DNA from: Heteronotia binoei
Taxonomy: Eukaryota
NCBI RefSeq assembly: GCF_032191835.1
Contig: NC_083237.1
Coordinates: 9,610,001-9,674,000, forward strand
Reading direction: 5' to 3'
DNA length: 64,000 nt
In this document: piece after piece, positions 1-11,782 of the stretch
Position numbering within the stretch: the first letter of the stretch is position 1
Layout of the letters: the number at the start of each line of letters is the position of its first letter
Made by a program: the position numbers and the translations under genes
The notes under the pieces: model-generated
The model's database searches: none
What the model saw: only the letters and a program-made list of their open reading frames with translations
What the model was told of the DNA's origin: nothing

Positions 1-3000
1 TCTTTTATGATTTTCGATTGCTGTCCTTTGACAAATATCCTTCTCCGAATTTGTTGGAAATTCCTCAGTAAGGAATGATGATTTCATTTCCTGCTCTTGA
101 TGGCTTTTAACCTTGACCGATGTTTTTAATACGTAATAGGCTCTTCAAAGAACATGTAGGCTTGGTCCAGCGAGCACTTTTATTTTATTTAACCTGCAGT
201 CTTCCCTGCGTCTATTGGCTGTGCTCTTTCACAATGGGAATGGCATATATTTTGATAGACAAGGGAATGGAGGTGGGGATAGAGATTTTGTGTGTTCTTT
301 TTTATTATTTAACAACTTTGGGTGTAGCTTGATTGCATGCTCATTTCTTTTTGTAATCTATTGTTATGACATTAAAGGTTATTGGAATTGGAACTGGAAT
401 TGGGTGTAGCTTATTAAGTTGACGTGAATGTATAGGGGTGTAAAACATCGAATGAGATGTACGGTGTAAGAGATTCTGCCCCCCCCCCCCAATTGCATGC
501 AAAGTAATATGGAAATATTGTGAAAAGCTACGATAAAGATAACAAAGTTTAAAAAAATAACTCTGTGCAGACTTATTGGGAAATCCTATTTTAAGAATTC
601 TGGAAAAAGTCAGAGTGGGGGTAGATGAATGAATGAAGAATCAAAAGAGATACCGAAATAATTGATACCAGTGCTCAGGATATTACAGAACAGCTGTTAG
701 ATGCCATGGCTTTTTAGTTCTCTAAACAGGGACTTTAACCAAATTCAAGACTGTATATTTCTTGAATTATATGCCAACAACTGACTAATTTCAGTGAGAG
801 AATAACTGAGACTGTCTTAGATATAGGTTTGTTCAAAATGTGGTTCATATGATATTTTCAGTTTGCACAAAATATGCCTTCTTAAATCTTTTGTGCACTA
901 TTTATTTATATCTCACTCCCTCGTCCTCAAACAAGATTTGAGGCAGCTTCCATTTATTTCCCGATTATTTTATGTAATTAAACCTATGTAATGCTTCACA
1001 AATGGTTTATAATGGAATTTTCACAATGCTTTCTCCACATGAGGATTGCCAACCCAACTTTATGGTGGGAGCTTTAAAGAGTTAAATTAGTTTGCTCTGG
1101 GGCCATTTTTCCTGAGATAAGAGAAAATTGTGTGAGCCTGAGGTTAAAAATCTGTGAGCTAGCTCACACTAACTAAGCTTAGAGTGAACACTGTGAGCAA
1201 TACAATTTTAAATATAACGTATCAGTTTTAGACGACAAATGGTTGGCATTCTGATGTCAGAATTCCTTGGGCAGAAGTGGGAGATGCTTACTAGCTCAGA
1301 AAAATACCAAATGAAAAATTGGTAATGAAAATGAAAAAAAATGAAAATACATCTTCTATTGAGGCACAAAAGTGAGAATTAGTTCAGACAAGGATCATGT
1401 TCAGGTAACGTAGTGTATTATGGAATTCTTCTCTAAAACAGCATTTAACTCCTTTTCAAGTATGGTGACAAAGTTTTACCAACACATCTTGACCTTGGCC
1501 TTTGCTGTTCATGAGATCAATCAGAACCCCAAGATCTTGCCCAATGTTACTCTTGGGTTCCACATCTGTGACAGCTACTACAGCAAAAGGATGACCTACC
1601 GTACCACTCTGGATCTGCTCTATAAGCTGCATAAATATTTTCCCAACTATGAATGTGTCATCCAGAAAAAAACAATGGCTGTCATTGGGGGACTTGGCTG
1701 TGATATCTCCTTCCAGATGGCAAATATTCTAGGTCTCTTCAAAATACCACAGGTAGGGGAGAACAAACAATATTATTTGGGTAGATCCAAATGGGCAGCC
1801 GTGTTGGTCTGAAGCAGTAGAACAAAGCAGGAGTCAAGTAACACCTTTAAAACCAACCAGTTTTTATTCAGAACGTAAGCTTTCCTGTGCTCTCTTAAGC
1901 ACGTTTCATCAGACCTGATCCCCTTGTCTGATAAAGTATTCTCAAGAGAGCACACGAAAGCTTACGTTCTGAATAAATATTACTTGGGGGAATTACTGAA
2001 AGCAGAGCTGAGTCATGAACAGGAGAATTCTATCTGGCTGCTTAAGGAATAAGTTCACATTGAAGTTTGTTACTTAGGAAAAGAATCCGGCCCCTTCCCG
2101 CCCGCGCCGACTTCAGGCGGCTTTAGGGCGGGGGCCGAGTTTGCCTCCCCGGATGGAGCGAGGCAACGGCCTCTTCATCCGGGGATCCTGAGGGCGTAGT
2201 CTTCTGGGGCTTTATAAGCCCGACCACGCCCGAGGCCACGCACTTCTGCTGGCTGTTTTGGCCCACCCTCCCACCCTGCAATAGTACAGGCTTCTCCGGT
2301 CGCCGTTTTTTCGGGGCCAGGTAGGAATTTTTTCATCTCAACTGATTGGCTCGCGTTGGGATGTTTTTCGCCTACCTTGTACTGCTGCTTTGAGGTTGGG
2401 TTGTTGTTAGGTAACTTTATTTGGCAGGACTTGAAGTCAGGTTTGTTTTGGTGTGCACCCACGGTTTTCCCAGTTTAAGGGAAGTAGCGGGGGACGGACG
2501 GCAGCTGGGCTCTACGGCTCTCTGCTGTCTTTCCCGCTACAGGGTTACCTCATCTGGAGAGCCGTCCCTGGGTGGGCGGCTGGGCCATTTTGAGGGGATA
2601 CCCGACCGCTGCCGGCCTGGCAACTGCTGGTTTTAACCGGCTGCTGCTGGGGGCTGGGTGGCTCGCCCCATCCGGTCAGGGAATGGGTTTTGGAGTTCCC
2701 TTCACCTGTCCGGTTAGTTGTTAGGTTGCCCCAGGCTGTTGGTTCAATAAAGTTGCCCTGTTTTATATCCATATACTGTGTTGTCTCGTTCTTCCAACTG
2801 GGGGGGCAAATAGAAGTTCTGCATTGTAAGAGTACTCCATACTAGATAGGAAAGGCAGTGTAAAGCCTTCTTGCTAACTGTCCTAGCCAGATGGAGAGAG
2901 ACTGTAGAAAGCATGTCCAGCAGTCATGGTGGAAACAGGAAGAGGACAAGAGGAGGGGAGTGATTAAAAAGGAAGGAACCTCTGAGAGTATTGTTTTGCA

Positions 3001-6000
3001 TAAAAAAGGGACAGAAGCAAGTGTGGACAAATATCAGACAGAACCCTGTCTAGTCTTTTTCTAACTCTTTAATGCTCTCCCTTGAGATTATGAGGCATAT
3101 GCTAACATTAAGTGACATTGTACAGTCCATTGCTTCCAACACATATCTTATGTATCAGATGAAGGCAGAGATATGATTGCCCTAAAATAGTAATTCTTAC
3201 CAGAAGAACCACTTTGAATGAAAAGTTGCTTCAGACAAGGGCGACATTAGCAAATCGCTTCTTCATGACTATTCCTCTGAAATGTTACCACATTTGCATA
3301 ATCTAAAAAAAAAAAAAAATACAGCCAGAACATCCTTGAGTTGAAATTTTGTCAACCTGAAAATTCCTTCTGGACATTTTCTTTCCACAAACACATGGAA
3401 ACACACCAAATTTCTTCCTGGGTCTTCTCTAAGATACCTTCACATTTCCTTTTAGCTTACATATGGCCCACTTACTCAAGAGGAGAATGACTTGATACAG
3501 TCCCCTTCCTTTTACTCCATGGTGCCAAATGAAAACCAGCAGTATATGGGCATTGTTCAGTTGCTCCAGCATTTTGGATGGACGTGGGTTGGGCTTTTTG
3601 TTGTGAATGATGACAGTGGAGAACATTTCTCACAAGTATTGGGGCCACTGCTTTTCCAAAATGGTATTTGTTTGGCCTTTATACAAAGAATAAATAACCA
3701 AGCCCACTGGAATAAGCTTGAAGAAGTTCAGGATTTAATTTCAAATGTATTTCAGTCTTTAGCTGATAGTAAGGCTAGAACATTTATCCTCTATGGAGAA
3801 TCTAGAGCTATTATTTCACTGATCACCCTTATAGCTCTAGGAGATTTTGAATGGGAAGAAAATGCATCATTAAGAAAGGTGTGGATCACAACAGCACAAG
3901 CGGATTTTGCAATGGTCGCCATCCAATGGGACTGGAATTATGAATTCTTCCATGGGGCCATTTCCTTCACAGTTCATGCAAAGGAGCTTCCAGGCTTCCA
4001 GAAATTTCTTCAAGATATCAGACCTGATTGGACTAAACAAGACAGTTTTTCCAAGGAATTCTGGGAGCAAGCATTTGCCTGCTCTTTTCTAAATTCCAGT
4101 GATGACATGGATGCCTACAAAGCATGCACTGGGGAGGAGAAGCTAGAGAGTCTCCCAGGTCCTGTTTTTGAAATGCACATACTTGGCCACAGCTATAGCA
4201 TCTATAATGCTGTCTATGCCATAGGCTATGCTCTGCATGCCATTTACGAGTCTCGATACAAACACAGAGAAGTGGTTGGTGGAAAAAGAGTTGACCTTCA
4301 AGATATACAGCCCTGGCAGGTAACATTTTCACAATTCCATTGCACACCCCCCCCTTTTGTTCCTTATATGGGAAGACAACACGGTATTCTGGTAGGGCTG
4401 CCACCATCCCACTGGTTCCTGAGGATCAGCTGGCCAGCAAGGGGATAGGAGGGAGGCCTAGGTTACATCACTAGCAGCATGTTGATGTCACTTCTGGCTT
4501 GTACTGGAAGTAATGCCATCATATCAGCAATGTCACAGTGACACTCTGGGATCTGGGAAAAAATTCTATGGTAGAAGTCATTTTTATGATGACATTATGA
4601 AGTAATGTCATCAAGTTATGACTTTATAATAAAGCTCTCACATCAGGGCAAAAGCTCTATCATAAAAATGACTTCTACCATAGAATTTTTTCCCAGATCC
4701 CAGAGTGTCACTGTGGCATTGCTGATAGGATGGCATTACTTCCAGTACAAGCCAGAAGTGATGTTGCCACATTGCCAGCAATGTCGTCTGGGTCTCCCTT
4801 CTGCTCCTAGTAAGTACCCCCCCCCTTCCACCTGGCAACCCTATATTGTGAGAAAAGGAACCTATGCCTTATTGCAATGTCGCATTGTCGATCTATCCAG
4901 TTCAGCATGGTAAGTTGCTATTAACTTTCTAGAATCTCGTGTGAAGAAAGATTGTTCCACCCAGCATCTTCTCTGCAGTTCTTTTCGCTGAAGTGTAGTG
5001 CTCTATCAACAAGCCATAGTTCTGCCTCCTTTTCTTTCTACTCAACTGAGTCAAATCAAAATGTAGACCTGATGATTATGATGGTGCAGTCTTTTTTGTT
5101 TGTTTGTTTTTAGAGGTTGGATCGGATCGGGAGAAGTGTTGGGAGTGTGAAGCAGGAGAACTTTGTGTGTTCTCAGCCCCCATTATTGTACTCAATCACT
5201 TGAAGGTTAAGCAGGGCTTTCGTTGTAGCAGGAACTCCTTTGCAAATTCCAATCCTCCTGGAGCTTACAGGGCTCTTAGTATAGGGCTTACTTAAGCTCC
5301 TGGAGGATTGGCTACATTAGTGAGGTGTGGCCTCATATGCAAAGGAGTTCCTACTACAAAAAAGCCCTGAGTTTAAGTCTTCTAGCATAGCAGACTTGCT
5401 TGTTCTGCAGTCAAGTTTGATGCAGTTGAAAGAACTAGGGTTGCCGAGTCCAATGCAAGAAATATCTGGGGACTTTGGGGGTGGAGCCAGAAGACTTTGA
5501 GGCGGAGCCAGGAGACATTGAGGTGGAGCCAGGAGCAAGGGTTTGACAAGCATAACTGAACTCCAAAGGGAGTTCTGGCCATCACATTTAAAGGGATCAC
5601 ACACCTTTTAAATGCCTTCTTTTTGTTGGAAATAATGAAGGATAGGGGCACCTTCTTTTGTGGCTCATAGAATTGGACCCCCTGGTCCAATCTTTTTGAA
5701 ACTTGGAGAGCATTTTGAGGAGAGTCATCAGATGCTATGCTGAAAATGTGGTGCCTCTATCTCAAAAAACTGCCCTTCCAGACCCCTAGATACCCATGGA
5801 TCAATTCTCCATTTTACCCTATAGGAATCAATCTCCATAGAGAATAATGGAGTGCCCAGCAGACATCCCCCCCTTGCTTTCTGATGACCCTGAAGTGGGG
5901 GGAGGGCCTCCAAACCAGGGGATCCCCTGCCCCCACCTGGGGATTGGCAACCCTAGAAAGAACAGCATAGTTTATCTACATGATTTTCTTTTTAAAAACA

Positions 6001-8908
6001 TAGCATTGAAGATCCTATGGTACTGAAGATCCTATAGCAATGAAGATCCTGTGAATTTAGGGAGAGGTATTTGTGAATTTCCTGCATTGTGCAGGAGGTT
6101 GGACTAGATGACCAATCCAACTCTATGATTCTATGATAACATGAAGAGTTCAGTTAGTTATAATTCCTTCATTTTTCTTTCATCCAGCTCCACTCATTTC
6201 TTCAACACATTTTGTTCAACAACTCGGCTGGAGAAACATTGTCCTTTAATGAGAAGATGGAAATGGGGACTGGATTTGACATCACAAATCTGGTCACGTT
6301 CCCAAACAGGTCTGTTCAGAGAGTGAAAGTTGGAGAGGTGAAAGGCAATGCCCAGGAAGGAAAAGACTTCATTATTCAAGAGGATCGAATTGTGTGGCAG
6401 AAAAGTTTTAACCAGGTATTTCTTTATATTTGCTTACTTCTTTTAAACCTAGGGCCACCAGGTCTCCTGCTACAACTGAAGACTCTCTCTAACAGCCCCC
6501 TGTCTCCATTGTCACTTGGTAAGCCAGAGGGGAATATTGAAAAAAAAATCATTGTCATGTAAATAGTATTTGGTCATCTTCATGTCAAATCAAGAAGTGA
6601 CATCATGCCACTCTAGGAAGCTGCACATCCTTCAATGATTCAGCACGAAATCTATGAAATATTAGAGCGCGATGATGTCATGTCAAGTTTCGCCTCAGAA
6701 ATTATGTCACACTATCAACATGACAGAACTGTGATGGCTCTGCACCCTATTCTTCTGTGGGATACTAGCTATCAACCAGTAGTTGGCAACTGTATTTATA
6801 CACCACTTTTCTCCTGTATGGACCCAGCCCCCCCCCCCCCCAAGTGGCTCATGGTTTCCTATTATCACAACAACTTTACTAAGTAGTTAGGTGGAGAATG
6901 TGAAACTGGCTCAGCATGATTCCATGACAAAGTGAGGATTCAGACCTAGGCTCCCTCCATACAACATCCATTACACACATGGCTTTTTTATCTTGGTGCT
7001 TGTGGGGGCACAGTGGGAGGACTTCTAGCCCCACTGGTGGACCTCCGCTCAGGTTTTTTGTCCACTGTGTGACACAGAGTGTTGGACTGGATGGGCCATT
7101 GGCCTGATCCAACATGGCTTCTCTTGTGTTCTTATGTGACACAGAGTGTTGGACTGGATGGGCCACTGGCCTGATCCAACATGGCTTCTCTTATGTCCTT
7201 ATGTGACACAGAGTGTTGGACTGGATGGGCCATTGGCCTGATCCAATATGGCTTCTCTTATGTTCTTATGTGACACAGAGTGTTGGACTGGATGGGCCAT
7301 TGGCCTGATCCAACATGGCTTCTCTTATGTTGTTATGTGACACAGAGTGTTGGACTGGATGGGCCATTGGCCTGATCCAATATGGCTTCTCTTATGTTCT
7401 TATCCATGCAGGTTTCTGAGATGTCAAAGTGGACCCCCTTCTACCTTTCCCACCAGTGAAAAAACCTGTTTTTTCTCCCAACTCAATACCCTTCATGATC
7501 AGGATAACAATAGTGGATTGTTACAGGGGTAAAGGGAGATGTTCTTTCACTCTGTCAATGGTTTAATCATACATTGTCAGATGAACGCTTAAATAATGTC
7601 CAATATAGCCTGCCCTAAACTTTTTTTCATTGTTTTTGATAGATAGTGCCCCTTTCTGTGTGCAATGATTACTGCCTGCCTGGTTATCAGAAGAAAAAGA
7701 AGGAAGGAGAGAAATTTTGCTGCTATGATTGCATTCCATGCCCAGAAGGAAAGATTTCAAACCAAAAGGGTAAGTGATGCAATCCTAAACATAATAACAT
7801 CATTTTAAACTATGGAGGTCTTGTCTTTTTCCCTGCTTCATATGTAGAATTTCCCCCTCCATTTATTTTGTTCCTTTCTGGCTGAGCAGCCCCTTTATTT
7901 ATTTATTTTCGTTTTTGAAATATTACGGCTGTCCCAACCTGCCACATTATTATATTTTGATACTGGTTCAGCCCAGGGACTTGAGGGAAGAGACAAAAAA
8001 TCACTTCTGGTTCTATTTTATCATTTTCAGTAGATATTTCTGAAAACGGCACACAAGAGGCTTTTGAAAAATAAACAAAATATTTTATTTAACATAGAAG
8101 GGGAAAAGGTTAGGTGGAATCAGGGGTAAAATATCTGAAGTGAATCAATAATAACTCACAGGTAACTTAGTAAATTCACAGACTGCAGTTAATACATTTC
8201 CAGCAAGTAAGAATTTTAAGAAGCTTTTTCAAGGTCTTAGAATCTTTGAGGGGAGAGGCTTCATTTTCAGTGTCTGCTAAACACTTCAGTATAAGTTTCA
8301 GAAGGCAGGGATACACTACCAAGAACCCAAATTGCTTCTCTTGAAACAAACCAGGGTCCATTCTTCTCTAGAGCCATCTCCCTTTTCAATGGAAGCAGGG
8401 AATTGCTTCTCTAAACTGGAAGCTCTATGCCTTTTTCTGGCCCAAATGGGGATCTTCAGTGATCTTTCCAATCCTCATTGCTACCTTCCCAGTCCTCAAT
8501 CTGTGCTAAACTGAATTCTGTTCAGCAGTCAATTTTCCACTCTTCTTGGACACTTTCCAATGAAATCAATTTGAGCAATCTGTCATTCAAAGGTCCTCTG
8601 TCTTTGTAAGGCATTGGCCCGTCACCGTCTATCACACATTTATACAGTTTGGTGTAGTGGTTAAGTGCATGGACTCTTATCTGGGAGAACTGGGTCTGAT
8701 TCCCCACTCCTCCACTTGCACCTGCTGGAATGGCCTTGGGTCAGCCATAGCTCTGGCAAAGGTTGTCCTTGAGAGGGCAGCTACTGTGAGAAGCCTCTTA
8801 GCCCCACCCACCTCACAGGGTGTCTGTTGTGGGGGGAGAAGATATAGGAGATTGTGAGCCTCTCTGAGACTCGGAGATTCAGCGTAGAGGGCGGGATATA
8901 AACCCAAT

Positions 8909-8966
<58 letters not shown>

Positions 8967-10310
8967 CTTAAGAGCTGTCAAACAGTTCCTTACATAAACC
9001 CTTAGACTTCAATGTTTTAGGTGGTATAACTGGATTACACTGGTAGTACACCACACTTTCCAAAGTGGTGATAATACTGATGACCATTAACCAAGTGGCA
9101 ACTGACTACATGTTAGTGTGGGGTTTCATCGGGCCAGAAGGCTAGGGTCATATGGTCATGGGGGTCAAAGAATCCAGTGTGTTTCATTGCTGAGAGTTCA
9201 GCCAATCAACTCTGGACCATACATGTCATGCAATTTAGTGATGCACATTCATTTGTGAGTCTAAGCTAAAACCCACAAAGTGTTAATTGCATGAGGAAGC
9301 ATAAAGTGTATTAGATTTCTTTAACATTCAAAATGGCTTTATGAATTTGCTGTAAAGACTGGCATTATATGCTTTTTTTTTTGTTCCCCTCTTCAGACTT
9401 GGATGAATGCACCCAATGTTCAGAAGATCAATATCCAAGCAAGGACCATGACCAATGCATTCCAAAAATGATAAGCTTTCTGTCTACTGAAGAACCTTTG
9501 GGAATCAGTTTAGCCTCTATTGCAGTTGCTTTTTCCCTGTTCACTTTCTTGGTGCTTGGAATATTTATAAAACACAGAGATACCCCCATTGTCAAAACCA
9601 GCAATAGGGACATTACTTACGGTCTCCTGATCTCCCTCCAACTTTGCTTTCTCTGCCCCTTGCTCTTTCTTGGAAGACCTAGAATGGTGACCTGTTTCCT
9701 CCAAAAATCAGCTTTTGGCATCATCTTCACAGTGGCTGTTTCTTGCATCTTGGCCAAAACCATCACTGTAATTGTAGCTTTCATGGCCACCAGACCAGGG
9801 TCCAAGATGAGGAAATGGGTGGGGAAAAGACTGACCAATGGCATTGTTCTTACCTGCTCCCTTATCCAAATGTGTGTTTGTACAACGTGGCTAGGAACCA
9901 CTCCCCCATTCCCAGACGTGGACACCAAGTCAATGACTGAACAGATAATTCTGCAATGTAATGGGGGATCTGCAATCATGTTTTATATTGTCCTAGGCTA
10001 TTTGGGCCTTCTGTCCATCATCTGCTTGACTGTGGCTTTCCTAGCCAGGAAGTTGCCAGACTGTTTTAATGAAGCCAAATTTATCACCTTCAGCATGCTA
10101 ATTTTTTGCAGTGTTTGGGTGTCTTTTGTTCCAACCTACCTGAGCACCAAAGGGAAACACATGGTGGCTGTGGAGATCTTCTCTATCTTGGCCTCCAGTG
10201 CTGGATTACTAGCTTGTATCTTTTTCCCAAAATGCTACATTATTCTTCTGAGGCCAGAGTTAAACAAGAGCAAGCAGCTCATGTGGAGAAAGAAAAAAAT
10301 TGCCCTGTGA
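1..10310 (+). CDS. Vmn2r: V2R gene A (vomeronasal type-2 receptor, class C GPCR); exon 1 truncated by window start; visible part intact
   Basis: Exons <1-67, 1461-1752, 3456-4319, 6188-6415, 7643-7769, 9397-10310. All have AG/GT boundaries and consistent phases (2,0,0,0,1). Motifs: [29 protein letters not shown], Cys-rich CCYDCIPCP, 7TM with [14 protein letters not shown]. Confidence 0.95.
1085..1193. mobile_element. hAT-type MITE fragment (CAGTGTTCCCTCTAAG family), one end only
   Basis: Ends CTTAGAGTGAACACTG; internal sequence matches the complete copies at 49179 and 57624. Confidence 0.65.
1790..1978. mobile_element. Penelope-like element terminal fragment with inverted repeat
   Basis: TTTATTCAGAACGTAAGCTTTCCTGTGCTCTC (1863-1894) is inverted at 1946-1977. 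The GAAAGCTT..GTTGGTC..AGACCAAC motif recurs at about 48330-48410. Family call is from recalled reptile Penelope termini. Confidence 0.55.
2081..2809 (+). mobile_element. Short GC-rich non-coding element (solo-LTR-like or tyrosine-recombinase retroelement derivative) in V2R-A intron 2
   Basis: Starts AATCCGGCCCCTTCCC, has internal GGGCCAGGTAGGAATTTTT and AATAAA, ends TGTCTCGTTCTTCC..TGGGGGGGCAA. Homologous to 59212-59968 and to the ends of 55452-57012. No TSD found. Confidence 0.7.
4393..4843. mobile_element. hAT-type MITE with long internal palindrome
   Basis: TIR TAGGGCTGCCA/TGGCAACCCTA; degenerate 8-bp TSD TATTCTGG/TATTGTGA; about 105-bp internal inverted arms at 4481-4590 and 4660-4770. 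Confidence 0.75.
5212..5369. mobile_element. hAT-type MITE (CAGGGCTTTT family)
   Basis: TIR CAGGGCTTT/AAAGCCCTG; 8-bp TSD AGGTTAAG/AGTTTAAG. Confidence 0.85.
5436..5955. mobile_element. hAT-type MITE (TAGGGTTGCC family)
   Basis: TIR TAGGGTTGCC/GGCAACCCTA; perfect 8-bp TSD GAAAGAAC; same family as 27735-28285 in opposite orientation. Confidence 0.9.
6041..6137 (+). mobile_element. CR1 LINE 3' end (ATGATTCT tail)
   Basis: Matches the 3' end of the longer CR1 at 37878-38526; ends CTCTATGATTCTATGAT. Confidence 0.8.
7064..7402 (+). repeat. Five tandem copies of a 67-bp unit derived from a CR1 3' terminus
   Basis: Unit TGTGACACAGAGTGTTGGACTGGATGGGCCATTGGCCTGATCCAACATGGCTTCTCTTATGTTCTTA; GACAC recurs at 7071, 7138, 7205, 7272, 7339. 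The same sequence terminates the CR1 at 39610-40026. Confidence 0.9.
8645..8968 (+). mobile_element. tRNA-derived SINE with (CAT)n tail
   Basis: A-box-like TGGTGTAGTGG, B-box-like GGTCTGATTCC, 3' GAGGGCGGGATATAAA then about 19 CAT repeats; many copies in the window. Confidence 0.9.
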
Positions 10311-10433
10311 TATGTGTGCCTTCAGTAGTGCCTACAGAATCTATATGGTGGGCTTTTTCAAGAAGCAGGCTAGGGCTACCCTATATGTCAATCCATTCCA
10401 TTCCATTATTTTTTGTGTCATCTCTATAAGTAT

Positions 10434-10742
10434 TTGAAGGGCTGTCACTTAGAGGAGGGCAGGGAGCTGTTTCTGCTAGCAGCAGAGGCGACAGCTCGCA
10501 ACAATGGGTTTAAATTAAGGGTGGGGACGTGGGAAGGTATCGACTGGATATTAGGAAAAAGCTTTTTTTAGTGTAAAGAGTTGTTCAATAGTGGAATGAA
10601 GGTGATGCGCTCCCCCTCACTGTCAATCTTTAAGCGGCAGCTGGACAAACACTTGTCAGGGATGCTTTAGGCTGATCCTACACTGAGCAGGGGGTTGGAC
10701 TAGATGGCCCCTATGGCCCCTTCCAGCTTTATGATTCTATGC
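10434..10742 (+). mobile_element. CR1 LINE 3' fragment
   Basis: Degenerate RT C-terminus (GAAGGGCTGTCAC..) followed by GGTTGGACTAGATG..ATGATTCTATG. Confidence 0.8.
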
Positions 10743-10834
10743 TTACAATAAAAATATTGTTGGCGATGCCATGCAAATGTTCTTTTGTTGTTGCTGTTTA
10801 TTTGTTTAAAAGTGTGGCAGCATATTCTTACATG

Positions 10835-11099
10835 CAGGGCTAGTTTGGTGTAGTGGTTAAGTGTGTGGACTCTTATCTGGGAGAACTGGGTTTGATTCCC
10901 CACTCCTCCACTTGCACCTGCTGGAATGGCCTTGGGTTAGCCATAGCCCTGGTAGAGGTTGTCCTTGAAAGGGCAGCTGCTGTAAGAGCTCTCTTAGCCC
11001 CACCCACCTCACAGGGTGTCTGTTATGGGGGAGGAAGGTAAAGGAGATTGTGAGACACTCTGAGACTCTTCGGAGTGGAGGGTGGGATATAAATCCAAT

Positions 11100-11144
<45 letters not shown>

Positions 11145-11343
11145 TTCTTCTTCTTCTTCTTCTTCTTCTTCTTCGTAGCAGGAGCTCCTTCACATATTAG
11201 ACCACACCTCCTTGATGTAGCCAATCCTCCAAGAGCTTACAGGGCTCTTCTTACAGGGCCTACTGTAAGCCCTTAGAGGATTGGCTACATCGAGGAGGTG
11301 TGGCCTAATATGCAATGGAACTCCTGTTACAAAACGAGCCCTG
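10835..11343. mobile_element. hAT MITE (CAGGGC family) with a tRNA-SINE (about 10841-11173, +) nested in its left TIR
   Basis: Perfect 8-bp TSD CTTACATG at 10827-10834 and 11344-11351; SINE with (CAT)n(CTT)n tail begins directly after CAGGGC. Confidence 0.85.
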
Positions 11344-11782
11344 CTTACATGTTACCATAAAGGGATACACATACCTGTATGCCCCAGCCCTATCCTTCTC
11401 TATTATCACTGCCTTGATGATTTTTTAAAAGGGTGAGGATCAACCCATGCTGGTTGCCCTGGGCTTCTGGGAGGAAAAGTGCGATAGAAATGTGATCAAA
11501 CATTTAAGCAAAGAGATACAGGCAGGGATGGAATTTGTAGGGATATGGAGAACATTGCAGCCGAAAACATTGAATTCAGGAGGGGTGTGTGAGAGAGGAT
11601 CGTTTGATGCATGGTCAGATTCAGTGCAGTCAGCATAGTCTACCCTTCCTCTTTCTGTTTATAGAGTGTCTGCAGCCAATGACGGTTAGAAACTGCAGCC
11701 CCGGTGCAAGTGAACGTTAGCGCCTAGTAAGCCACAAGCTCATAGCCCTCTTTTTGAAGACATGCCGAGTCACCGTACCCCT

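Noticed and set aside
120-860. Possible degraded L1 3' region in V2R-A intron 1
   Set aside because: AT-rich with no motif I could identify with confidence, so left unannotated.
4534-4715. Perfect RSS heptamers in the palindromic MITE (4534, 4709) and CACTGTG in CR1 tails (about 7063, 21859, 28892, 39950)
   Set aside because: At the sites I checked there is no nonamer at 12 or 23 bp spacing, and no adjacent V, D or J coding sequence.
7064-7402. 67-bp array as a possible CRISPR array
   Set aside because: Units are contiguous with no unique spacers, match a CR1 3' end, and the DNA is vertebrate.
8677-8967. ORFs starting with poly-Met, and the poly-Ile, poly-Lys and poly-Asn ORFs at 11009-11276 and 27355-27555
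   Set aside because: They are translations of (CAT)n, (CTT)n and (TTA)n SINE or LINE tails, not genes.
9617-9979. Parallel 120-aa antisense ORFs opposite exon 6 of genes A and B (also 31455-31817)
   Set aside because: A by-product of conserved sense-strand codons in close paralogues; no independent gene features.
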